A stretch of 64,000 bases of DNA from Candidatus Yanofskybacteria bacterium (GTDB lineage: Bacteria > Patescibacteriota > Minisyncoccia > 2-02-FULL-40-12 > IGHO2-01-FULL-4-A). Location: positions 39,773 to 103,772 of the forward strand of contig JACOZV010000003.1 in the NCBI GenBank assembly GCA_016181175.1. The letters run 5' to 3'. Shown here piece by piece: positions 40,036 to 48,301 of the stretch (positions are counted from its first letter, which is position 1; each line of letters begins with the position of its first letter). Both the position numbers and the translations under genes were made by a program. The notes under the pieces were generated by a model. It searched no databases and was not told the DNA's origin. It worked only from the letters and a program-made list of their open reading frames with translations.

Positions 40036-41826
40036 TTAGTCAGATATAAGAGCGCGTAAAGCTCGGCGAGTTATTTCGCCAAAGTAACCGGATACCGGTT
40101 TAACTCCGTATTTTGCTTGAAGTCTTTTCACTGCATCGTGGGTTATACGTCCAAAATATCCGGTAAGCAAATCTGCGGGATAGTTGACTTCGTTAACGAG
40201 AAGCGCCTGAAGTTCTTTTACGTCAATGCCGTTTGAACCAATGGCTAAATTTCTAGAAAAATTTGATTGAATTTTTGGTACCGTATTTAGGTTGCTAATC
40301 TGACTTGATCCCGGCTGGACTATTCCGCCACTCCCGGTTTGCCATACTCCATTCGTGAAATATTGCCCCCCGTAGCTATAATCAAATGGTGTCTGAATAT
40401 ATGTGGAATTTTCCGGATATCCGTTTGAGTAATACCGGCCGTTAAGAAGTTGGTTTGACGGCCAAGTGCGCCATTCACCATTCCGTCCGCAAACATCTAC
40501 GCTACAAACTGCTCCGCTTATAACTTTTCCCGTTGCATTATCAACTTCATTCCATGCAGTTCCACTAAGATTTTCTGGCATTAAACAAATTGGAAGTCCT
40601 GACACTCGGTCATCACCACCAACACAAGTAGATGTGGGTGAAATAGGAGCTGGTGTAGGGGTTGGGGTAGGTGTTGCTCCAAAAGTAGTGGTATTCGCAG
40701 AAATACTCAACTCTGAATTCAATGTTCCAACAGCAGTTACCCAATAAGTATAGGTAATATCGGCAGTAAGATTTGTGTCAGAATATGAATATGTATTTGA
40801 GTATGGAGATGCGCTTACATTTGTAACATAAGAACGGCCGACTTGTCCGCCATCTGGGCGATAATATAGCCTGAATACATCGTATCTATTGACTCCTGTT
40901 TCAGTGGCATTACTAGAAGCAGACCAACTAAGATCTATACGAGAAGAGGACTTGGCTACAGCAGAAAGATTGCTAGGTGGGTTGGGTCTTGAACTGGAAA
41001 CTGGTGTGGGAATGGGGGTGGCTGATGAAGAAGCGGTAACACTGGGTGTTGGTGAGGTAGTTAATGTCGGGGTCGGGGTAAGGCTGGATGGTTGAGTTGG
41101 AGTTGCCGGCGTTGCGGGAATAGCAGGAGTGGCTGATTGGGCATCTGAAGCGGGTATTGGCGTGGATGTTGGCGTTGGTGTGAACGACCCTGAAGCCGGA
41201 GTCGGAGTGGCTGTCGGAGAAACTAACGGTTGAGAAGGTGAAGCTGGAATGGCTGGTATGGCCGGTACTGCAGGAACAGCAGAAGTGGCTTGCGATGAAC
41301 CCGTAGAAACACCTCGGTGATATTGCGGCACTTCTTTGACTGATTTTAATTCCTCGCCTCTTTTATACCATTTAAATTCCCTGTCATTGATGCAAAATAC
41401 TTTTTTGAAAAAGTCAGGATCATCAACAACGGCTTCTTCTCCGGAAGTATTGACCCAGCGAATCTTTCCTTCATCTTCATCTTCCGATTCAAAACCATAT
41501 ACTTTGGGGTCGTTTTGTTCGCAATTTCTAAAAAGACCGACCGTTGAAAATGCATCTCTGACATCTGCGGTTACAAGTTTAACATTGGTAAAACCTCCTA
41601 AGTGGGCATAAAATTTGAAGATTTCTGGATTGAGAAATAATCTCTTAAAACCGTGCTCGTTAATGATATATACATCAGGATCATCAGAGAAGATAGCACT
41701 AATGAGATCGCCTTCTTTGAGACCAAAATCTGATGGCTTGGCGGCACTGGTTAGGGATATTTTGTAAAAAAATATTGAGACAACAACCAATACGGCAAAC
41801 AAAAAATAGGTCTTTTTCATATACAT
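40036..41826 (-). CDS. secreted protein with Pro/Thr-rich linker, FN3-like region and C-terminal peptidoglycan-binding domain (PG_binding_1)
   Basis: Signal/TM at the N-terminus and a long PT-rich low-complexity linker. The C-terminus (GIDVKELQALLVNEVNYPADLLTGYFGRITHDAVKRLQAKYGV...) matches the PG-binding domain. Confidence 0.55.
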   Translation of the reverse strand: MYMKKTYFLFAVLVVVSIFFYKISLTSAAKPSDFGLKEGDLISAIFSDDPDVYIINEHGFKRLFLNPEIFKFYAHLGGFTNVKLVTADVRDAFSTVGLFRNCEQNDPKVYGFESEDEDEGKIRWVNTSGEEAVVDDPDFFKKVFCINDREFKWYKRGEELKSVKEVPQYHRGVSTGSSQATSAVPAVPAIPAIPASPSQPLVSPTATPTPASGSFTPTPTSTPIPASDAQSATPAIPATPATPTQPSSLTPTPTLTTSPTPSVTASSSATPIPTPVSSSRPNPPSNLSAVAKSSSRIDLSWSASSNATETGVNRYDVFRLYYRPDGGQVGRSYVTNVSASPYSNTYSYSDTNLTADITYTYWVTAVGTLNSELSISANTTTFGATPTPTPTPAPISPTSTCVGGDDRVSGLPICLMPENLSGTAWNEVDNATGKVISGAVCSVDVCGRNGEWRTWPSNQLLNGRYYSNGYPENSTYIQTPFDYSYGGQYFTNGVWQTGSGGIVQPGSSQISNLNTVPKIQSNFSRNLAIGSNGIDVKELQALLVNEVNYPADLLTGYFGRITHDAVKRLQAKYGVKPVSGYFGEITRRALRALISD

Positions 41827-41888
41827 CTATTATCATCCATTTTTAATGCTGGGACTATTAAGTTATCAACATCAAAGCATTAGTATAT

Positions 41889-41930
41889 TCCACAAAATCA
41901 AAACGGCGTCATGCCGTTTTGATTTTGTGG
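41889..41930. repeat. perfect 18-bp-stem hairpin (ccacaaaatcaaaacggc-gtcat-gccgttttgattttgtgg) with no U-tract
   Basis: Exact inverted repeat in the intergenic region between the MazF-like gene and the PG-binding protein gene. Confidence 0.6.
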
Positions 41931-42103
41931 TGTTGGTAGAGAACAATGGAAAACTATTTTGATATTTTTGAAAAACAATCTATTCCAGCCGCTGGATTAC
42001 CTATGTTGATAATTCATTGACTTTGCATACACGGTTTGCTATATTTAAAGTCTAAATGGCTTCGGCCCGACCTCGCTGCAAAGCGAGGGTAAAAAAGACA
42101 TGA

Positions 42104-42493
42104 TCAAGGCAACAAAGCCTTGATTTTTTGTTTTAACTGGCCAAATTCAAACTTTCCAACCTCTCCAATTTTATGGGACAATCTGCGGGCATCAATTAAT
42201 CTAATTTGAGATAAAATAGCGACACTTTCTTTATTATGTAATTTAAAATGGAAGTAATAGAGTGACTTTTTATTAGTTCTGGTAAGCGGAATGGCCCAAA
42301 AAATTTCATTATTAAATTTGCGAATAATCAAGACTGGTCTTAGAAAATCTTCTCCTTTTCCATCCTGTTCAAAACCGATATTTAATCCTAAGTGGCAAAA
42401 CCATATTTCTCGTTCATGGAAGAACGGTCTTTTTGCTAGCTCGTCAACCACGGATTTTTTATCATGCCACTTCCTAAAATCTTTCATGTGCAT
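42104..42493 (-). CDS. PemK/MazF/Kid-family toxin (mRNA interferase) with 25-aa N-terminal extension
   Basis: EREIWFCHLGLNIGFEQDGKGEDFLRPVLIIRKFNNEIFWAIPLT follows the Kid/MazF pattern (EIW.V.LDP..G.EQ.G.RPVLIV...V.PVTS). The hairpin plus T-run terminator overlaps the stop codon. Confidence 0.7.
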   Translation of the reverse strand: MHMKDFRKWHDKKSVVDELAKRPFFHEREIWFCHLGLNIGFEQDGKGEDFLRPVLIIRKFNNEIFWAIPLTRTNKKSLYYFHFKLHNKESVAILSQIRLIDARRLSHKIGEVGKFEFGQLKQKIKALLP

Positions 42494-42604
42494 TATTAAA
42501 ACAAAGTCTGGTAAAAATTACCAGTACCGATGTTTTCTGCGTAATCAGATTTTGGTGGGGGATTAAAAACAAAAAGCAAGCCTAACGCTTGCTTACTAAA
42601 TTAA

Positions 42605-43231
42605 TTATCTATCTCCTTGGAATCCATAAGACCATCCCCATATTTCTGCTTTTTGATCGTCATTATCCTCATTTTCTTGGCTACCAACCCCGGCCTTAGC
42701 TACAACAACTAGAGATTCAGGATTGTTTTTGAAAACAAACATAAAAGAATCTCTGACAATAGTCTCGTCTTCTGGTCCCCATTCTCTTGTATTCTTTACT
42801 CTCTCTCTTTCTCGTCTTGCAAGACAGGTGGCCCACTGCCAATCGTGCCCCGGACACTCCGGTATACCAAACTGTTTTCTAAATTCATACAAACGGTATG
42901 CGGCTCTTTCAACCCAGCGCCGCTCTCCCATTCCTTCCTCATTGCTTGTTTTTGACCCTTGCCACACTTCCTCTTGTTTGTTTAAGATTAACTGCTCTCT
43001 TTTTTCCGGCGAGTTAACTTGTCTGGCCATTACAAAATCCCCACAATATTGCCAAGCCCAGAAGCCTCCACAATGTGAACAATGGATAAAGCTTTTAAAT
43101 CCCAATGTGCCCTCATCTATTTTTTGTAAGTGGGGATGACCAGAACATTTTGGACACCGAAAATCTAAAACCCACGATTCTTCCGAACGAAATAAGTCAA
43201 ATAACCACATATTCTCCTCCTTTTTATTCAA
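42605..43231 (-). CDS. hypothetical Cys/Trp-rich zinc-ribbon protein
   Basis: CPKCSGHP...CSHCGG (a CxxC...CxxC ribbon) and a later acidic tail. It sits 110 bp upstream of the MazF-like gene on the same strand. Confidence 0.4.
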   Translation of the reverse strand: MNKKEENMWLFDLFRSEESWVLDFRCPKCSGHPHLQKIDEGTLGFKSFIHCSHCGGFWAWQYCGDFVMARQVNSPEKREQLILNKQEEVWQGSKTSNEEGMGERRWVERAAYRLYEFRKQFGIPECPGHDWQWATCLARRERERVKNTREWGPEDETIVRDSFMFVFKNNPESLVVVAKAGVGSQENEDNDDQKAEIWGWSYGFQGDR

Positions 43232-43449
43232 TTAAAAGAACATGCCAGATGGGATTTTACACCCCCAGCATCATTAGCACACAGAACATATGCTGTCAAG
43301 TTTTTTCCTCGGAATATCTGGAAAACCCACAAAATCCTTGTTTTTAATGAAATTTAATAATTAGTATTTTTTAGACATTTTTTAAGAAAACCGTTAATTA
43401 ATAACCCCTGCCTAACAAAGAACACCTTATTTGAGGTGTTCTTTGAATT

Positions 43450-43468
43450 GTGGATCTGGGGAGAGTTG
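43450..43468. repeat. 19-bp exact duplicate of the tmRNA 3' terminus (att-like direct repeat), about 180 bp beyond the tmRNA gene
   Basis: gtggatctggggagagttg occurs at 43450-43468 and at 43646-43664. The latter is the T-arm/acceptor 3' strand of ssrA. Confidence 0.65.
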
Positions 43469-43602
43469 GCTTTGGCTAAAATTTTCTTCCGAAAATTTTG
43501 CCTAGCCACCTGCTCGCGTGATTTTCTGCCAACTGCAGAAAATCACATGCTCCGCCGTTCATCTCTCCACGCGAGACAAGCAGTTGTCTCGTTTCCAGAT
43601 CT

Positions 43603-43636
43603 AGGACAAAACTAAACCCGCCACAAGGGCGGGCTC
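43603..43636 (-). terminator. rho-independent terminator of ssrA
   Basis: cccgcc-cttgt-ggcggg hairpin followed by TTTAGTTTTGT on the minus strand. Confidence 0.6.
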
Positions 43637-43646
43637 GTTTTGTCCG

Positions 43647-43998
43647 TGGATCTGGGGAGAGTTGAACTCCCGTCTAGAAGTTGATTTAAAATTGCACTAC
43701 AAGTTTAGCCGGACTGTTTAGTCCTCGGTTAAAAGCCCGACAGAATAACCGAAAACCTGTTTTGTATTTTTCGAATCGTAACGCCGAAACATTTAAAAAA
43801 CGCTACAATCTTATCCTGCTAATGACACCCTGATTCGGCTAGCAGAAATCACCGAGAGGATGCGCCTTAAGCGTAAGCTAAAGCGTAATTGCTATTGTAG
43901 TTGGCAATTATAATTTTGGGTAGGTACTTAAAGTGGTGACTACCCATCCACTACTTGCGCAAATTTTAAAAGAAATTCTATCGAAGCCGGTCAGACCC
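43647..43998 (-). ncRNA. ssrA: tmRNA (ssrA), one-piece, 352 nt; tag ORF 43868-43905 encoding (A)ANYNSNYALAYA
   Basis: Lies immediately 3' of smpB on the same strand. The 5' GGGUCUG pairs with the 3' CAGAUCC, giving G3:U70 and discriminator A. T-arm gggag-uucaacu-cuccc. The 5' region resembles the E. coli GGGGCUGAUUCUGGAUUCGAC. Tag frame gcc aac tac aat agc aat tac gct tta gct tac gct TAA (compare E. coli ...AAC UAC GCU UUA GCA GCU UAA). CCA is not encoded. Confidence 0.85.
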
Positions 43999-44000
43999 GC

Positions 44001-44474
44001 CTAAATTTTTTGTTTGATTGCTCTTTCTATCTTCCTTTGGACTTCGCGTTTGGTTATTTTTTCTCTCTTGTCTGATTTTTTCTTACCCCGACCAATGCCT
44101 ATTTCCAACTTAATCAAACCGTTCTTATTATACAATTTAATTGGCACCAAAGTCAACCCATGCTCTTGCGATTTACCAATGAGATACTTGAGTTCCGAAC
44201 GCTTTAACAGCAATTTACGAGAGTTTTGCGGATCATAACCGGCTGGTGCGTTACCTGCTTGATACGGCGGGATAGTTGCTCCCAAAAGCCACGCTTCGGT
44301 ACTCCGTCCTGAGCCTATCGAAGGACCAAGCACTTTTACATAAGCTCCCTTAATTGACGCGCTTCCGCGTCTGATTGATTTAACTTCCTGCCCGGTCAAA
44401 ACAATACCCGCCTCAAGCGTTTCCAATATCTCATAATCAAACCTTGCTTTTTCATTTGTGGCATAGATTTGCAT
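44001..44474 (-). CDS. smpB: SsrA-binding protein SmpB
   Basis: MQIYATNEKARFDYEILETLEAGIVLTGQEVKSIR...LVPIKLY...KKSDKREKI, the canonical SmpB. Confidence 0.9.
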   Translation of the reverse strand: MQIYATNEKARFDYEILETLEAGIVLTGQEVKSIRRGSASIKGAYVKVLGPSIGSGRSTEAWLLGATIPPYQAGNAPAGYDPQNSRKLLLKRSELKYLIGKSQEHGLTLVPIKLYNKNGLIKLEIGIGRGKKKSDKREKITKREVQRKIERAIKQKI

Positions 44475-44553
44475 AAATTAACTATATCACTAACAGACCT
44501 CGCCATTAATGGCGAGGTCTGTGTGAATTATAAATATTTAATTTTTCGGACAT

Positions 44554-45687
44554 CTATTTCCTCTCTTCAAGCACGGTCTTAATCTTTGTTGTCTTGTCTT
44601 TTCTCATCACTGTCATTTCAATTTCCTCGCCAACCTTGGCGACTTGAACCAAATCTGCAAGCTCTTTCTTTTCGGTAAGCTTTTCCCCGTTTATTTCCAG
44701 TACTATATCGTTTTCTCGAATACCGGCCTTGTCGGCTGGAGAACCCTTGACTACCGCCTCCGTACCAGGAACGTGATCCTTGATGACTAGAGCGCCGTAA
44801 TCCACGGGCAAATCGTACCTGTCTTGTAATGACCTATTCAACATTACGTAACGCAATCCAATAAATGGTCTGACAATACGACCAAATTTAATTATGTCTT
44901 CAAGGTCAGCCTTGGCCCAATTAATGGGAAGGGAAAAACCAATGTTCTGCGCTCCGAAAATTATCGCGGTATTTATGCCCACAACTTCCCCATCCAAGTT
45001 AATAAGCGGCCCGCCAGAATTGCCCTGATTAATTGCGACATCGGTTTGTATTACATTTCTAAGATGTTCCATCTCTCCGCCCTGACCCATTGAAGCTGAA
45101 ATCTTGCGCCCTAAACCGGAAACTATGCCCTTAGATACGGTATTGGTGAAAAGTCCCAAAGCATTACCTATAGCGACAACTGTCTGGCCAAGGTCAATTT
45201 TGTCAGAGTTCCCGAGTCTGACAGCTGGCAGTCCTTTTGCGTCAATTTTTAGTACCGCCACATCATTGATAGGATCGCGTGAAATAACTCTACCTTTATA
45301 TTCTTTTTCGTCGTTGGTTATAACCGTATACTCGGCATCAGTATCAAACACTACGTGTTTGTTTGTTAAAATCAAACCATCGGGATGGACAATTGAGCCG
45401 GATCCGCCACCGATTTTTACTTTTTCTCCTTCAACACCATGAACCTTGTGATGGGGGTGGGGGATAAGCTGATCATCATTGTCAAAATCCTCACCGCCGT
45501 CAGGCATACCAGGAATTTCTTGGCCGGGCAGACCCTGGCCTGGCAAACCGAATGGCATAAATGGCCCAAAAAATGGCATCATCGGCATACGTTTAATCTT
45601 GGGCAAGTGCTTTGAAATAACGATGCTGACCACCGCTGGCAGTACTTTTTTGACCGCTTCTATTGTTTGTCGTTCTATATTTTCCAT
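44554..45687 (-). CDS. htrA: HtrA/DegP-family serine protease with PDZ domain
   Basis: Catalytic triad contexts (HPDGLILTNKHVV; D...; GNSGGPLINLDGEVVGINTAI) and a C-terminal PDZ domain. The likely start is MENIERQT. Confidence 0.85.
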   Translation of the reverse strand: MENIERQTIEAVKKVLPAVVSIVISKHLPKIKRMPMMPFFGPFMPFGLPGQGLPGQEIPGMPDGGEDFDNDDQLIPHPHHKVHGVEGEKVKIGGGSGSIVHPDGLILTNKHVVFDTDAEYTVITNDEKEYKGRVISRDPINDVAVLKIDAKGLPAVRLGNSDKIDLGQTVVAIGNALGLFTNTVSKGIVSGLGRKISASMGQGGEMEHLRNVIQTDVAINQGNSGGPLINLDGEVVGINTAIIFGAQNIGFSLPINWAKADLEDIIKFGRIVRPFIGLRYVMLNRSLQDRYDLPVDYGALVIKDHVPGTEAVVKGSPADKAGIRENDIVLEINGEKLTEKKELADLVQVAKVGEEIEMTVMRKDKTTKIKTVLEERK

Positions 45688-45702
45688 GATAAAGATTATA
45701 AC

Positions 45703-46230
45703 ATGGCGTGCAAAAAACTTACAAGAGAATTTTTCAATAGGCCCACCCTGAGCGTAGCCAAAGAATTGCTTGGCAAGTTTTTGGTTAGAAAAACTGGTAG
45801 AAAAGTTGTGGCGGCGATGATTACCGAAACCGAGGCCTATTGCGGGCCACGAGATCTTGCCTCCCACGCATCGCGAGGCAAAACAAAACGGACGGAAGTA
45901 ATGTTTGGCCCGCCCGGTTATGCTTATGTTTATTTAATCTACGGCATGTATCACTGTTTTAATATCGTCACCGAACGTGATGGTTATCCCGCAGCAGTTT
46001 TGATTAGGGCCATTGATGTCTCGAGCATCAACGGCCCTGGCAAGCTGTGCCGCTATTTTCAAATAGATAGAACTCTCAACAACAATGACCTGTCAAAAAA
46101 TAACAAACTTTGGATTGAAGACCGTGGCACCAAAATCAGACAAAACCAAATCACACGTTCGCCCAGAATAGGAGTGGATTACGCCGGCAAGTACAAAGAC
46201 AAGTTGTGGAGGTTCTGTGTTAAAAATTGA
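45703..46230 (+). CDS. mpg: DNA-3-methyladenine glycosylase (Mpg/AAG family)
   Basis: ETEAYCGPRDLASHASRGKTKRTEVMFGPPGYAYVYLIYGMYHCFNIV matches the MPG signature. The likely start is MACKKL. Confidence 0.8.
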   Translation: MACKKLTREFFNRPTLSVAKELLGKFLVRKTGRKVVAAMITETEAYCGPRDLASHASRGKTKRTEVMFGPPGYAYVYLIYGMYHCFNIVTERDGYPAAVLIRAIDVSSINGPGKLCRYFQIDRTLNNNDLSKNNKLWIEDRGTKIRQNQITRSPRIGVDYAGKYKDKLWRFCVKN

Positions 46231-46298
46231 CTTTTTGTAATTTTATTGATAAATTTACAACCAAAAGTTGCTTTGAAAATTTAGAAAAGGGACCGAGC

Positions 46299-47570
46299 AT
46301 GCGCAACGAAATTAAAGTTGGCATTCTTCCAAATGGTGTGCGTTTTTATTCTCAATATGACTGGTCCGGCAGCAGCAATCTGGCCGGCATAGGCATAAAA
46401 GCTGGCGCGATCCATGCGCCACCAGGCTATACCGGACTGCCACACTTAGTAGAGCACCTGCTTGCTAGAGAATCCTTGAAATACACACTCGGTGAGGTAG
46501 ACCTTGCTTTTGAAAAATTTTTGGGTGGCCCCGACGATGACATCAATATAAGAATAGACCGGGTTAGCACTCACTTCGGCTTTGGTAATTTATTAAGAAG
46601 AAAGGATATGTTTTTTTGCTTGGATGTTATGGCTTACTTTTTACGTGACAAGATTGTAACCACTGAAGGGATTGATGTGGAAAAGGCAGCTGTCCTTAAT
46701 GAATATTGCTTGCGCGGCACTGACGTAATGCCGGTCTTGCTGGACGATTTATTGCACCAAACAGCCTATGCAACCAATCCTGCAAGGCTTAGGATAGATT
46801 GTGAAAAAGAACATTTAGAAAAAATGCAACGTAGTAAAATAACAAATTTTATTAAAAAACATTATGTTACTGACAATATATTTCTAATAGTCTTCGGCCC
46901 AAAATTTGAAGAAGTGAAGGAATTGGCCAAAATGTATTTCGGCGATTGGTCTCAAAAATCTCGGCCCCAGTTGGATTACGATCACTCCGATGATTTTCCC
47001 ACCATAACCTCTGTCAAATCATGCGAGGTGGAAAGAAAAATTAGTCAATGTCACCTTGCTTTGGGTTTTTACACTGAAAATTATATGGGTAAAAATACCG
47101 AAATACTCACAGTTTTAGCAAGAATATTGGCTTTTCGCTTACGGCACCGGCTTCGCGACGGCAACCGCAATTTTAATGAGGGCGTATACCGAGTTAATGT
47201 TGACGTTTCCAAGTCGTTTGTTCACGGTTTATTCTGTATTACATTTGCTTCAACAAGCGAAGAGTTTGTGAAAAAAGGAGAAGATATTGTTTTGGAAGAA
47301 TTGCGCAAACTAAAAGAAGTACCCGTTGATAATCGCCAATTAGATGCCGCACTCTACCGCACAGATACGGTTTACCTTGAAGCGTTTCGCAAAAATCCCG
47401 ATATCCTAGCTGAAATGGTTATAGAAGCAGCATGCAACGGCGACGAGGATTTAACACATCTTCATTCCTTTAGAGAAAGGCTGGGTAAAATTACAAGGAA
47501 AAAACTGCTAAGTGTCGCCAATAAATATTTCACTCCCAATTATATCAAAGTCATCATTAGACCCGCCTAG
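46299..47570 (+). CDS. M16-family (pitrilysin-like) zinc peptidase
   Basis: HLVEHLL inverted zinc-binding motif (HxxEH) near the N-terminus, 420-aa M16 layout. Confidence 0.6.
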   Translation: MRNEIKVGILPNGVRFYSQYDWSGSSNLAGIGIKAGAIHAPPGYTGLPHLVEHLLARESLKYTLGEVDLAFEKFLGGPDDDINIRIDRVSTHFGFGNLLRRKDMFFCLDVMAYFLRDKIVTTEGIDVEKAAVLNEYCLRGTDVMPVLLDDLLHQTAYATNPARLRIDCEKEHLEKMQRSKITNFIKKHYVTDNIFLIVFGPKFEEVKELAKMYFGDWSQKSRPQLDYDHSDDFPTITSVKSCEVERKISQCHLALGFYTENYMGKNTEILTVLARILAFRLRHRLRDGNRNFNEGVYRVNVDVSKSFVHGLFCITFASTSEEFVKKGEDIVLEELRKLKEVPVDNRQLDAALYRTDTVYLEAFRKNPDILAEMVIEAACNGDEDLTHLHSFRERLGKITRKKLLSVANKYFTPNYIKVIIRPA

Positions 47571-47647
47571 CGGGTTTTTGTTTGCATTAATTTTCCCTTA
47601 AGAGTAACTTAAATCTTAAAATTGATCATTAAAATCAGGAGGCCGAA

Positions 47648-48232
47648 ATGGCCAACATTCCCGACGCGGAAATAAGTGGAGACGAAAATCACATAATTTT
47701 CAACATTGAAAAACGTCGAATTTATATTTTCCGTGTAATAGACAGAGACGCCACCTTGGAAATGCAGTCGCTTTTGGATGAATTCAAAGAAAATGGCGAT
47801 GCTACTAAAAAAGATTCGGTACCAATTACGATAGTCATCAACTCTCCCGGCGGTTCCGCATTTCAGGGTTTGGCAATTTATGACCTGCTCAAATCAAGTG
47901 GATTTAAATTAATAACAATTATATTGGGGGAGGTAGCCTCGGCCGGAGTGGCCATATCTCTTGTCGGCGACCAAAGATGGATGCACAAAAATGCTGTAAT
48001 TCACTTTCATGCTGCCGCTTTCCAATTTGAAAACCCCAAAGAAAGGTTAGAACGATTTGAAAGAGATATAATGCAAAAAGAGGTAAGAGTTGTAGAAACC
48101 CTTTATGAAAACATCTACCTGGCCAATTCTAAACTTACTAGAAAAAAGCTGAGGGAATTAGAGTTGCACGAGGATTGCCTTACTTCTGACCAGGCATTAA
48201 AATTTGGACTTGTACACAAAATTATTAGCTAG
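47648..48232 (+). CDS. ClpP-family serine peptidase (S14)
   Basis: ITIVINSPGGSAFQGLAIYD, GEVASAGVAI (the catalytic Ser context, compare GxASMG) and VIHFH (His). No clpX is adjacent. Confidence 0.65.
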   Translation: MANIPDAEISGDENHIIFNIEKRRIYIFRVIDRDATLEMQSLLDEFKENGDATKKDSVPITIVINSPGGSAFQGLAIYDLLKSSGFKLITIILGEVASAGVAISLVGDQRWMHKNAVIHFHAAAFQFENPKERLERFERDIMQKEVRVVETLYENIYLANSKLTRKKLRELELHEDCLTSDQALKFGLVHKIIS

Positions 48233-48301
48233 GGATAGGATAGATAGATAGACGCTTACCGCGTCTTTTTAATTTGTCATTGGGCATGTTAGGATTTATG
48301 T

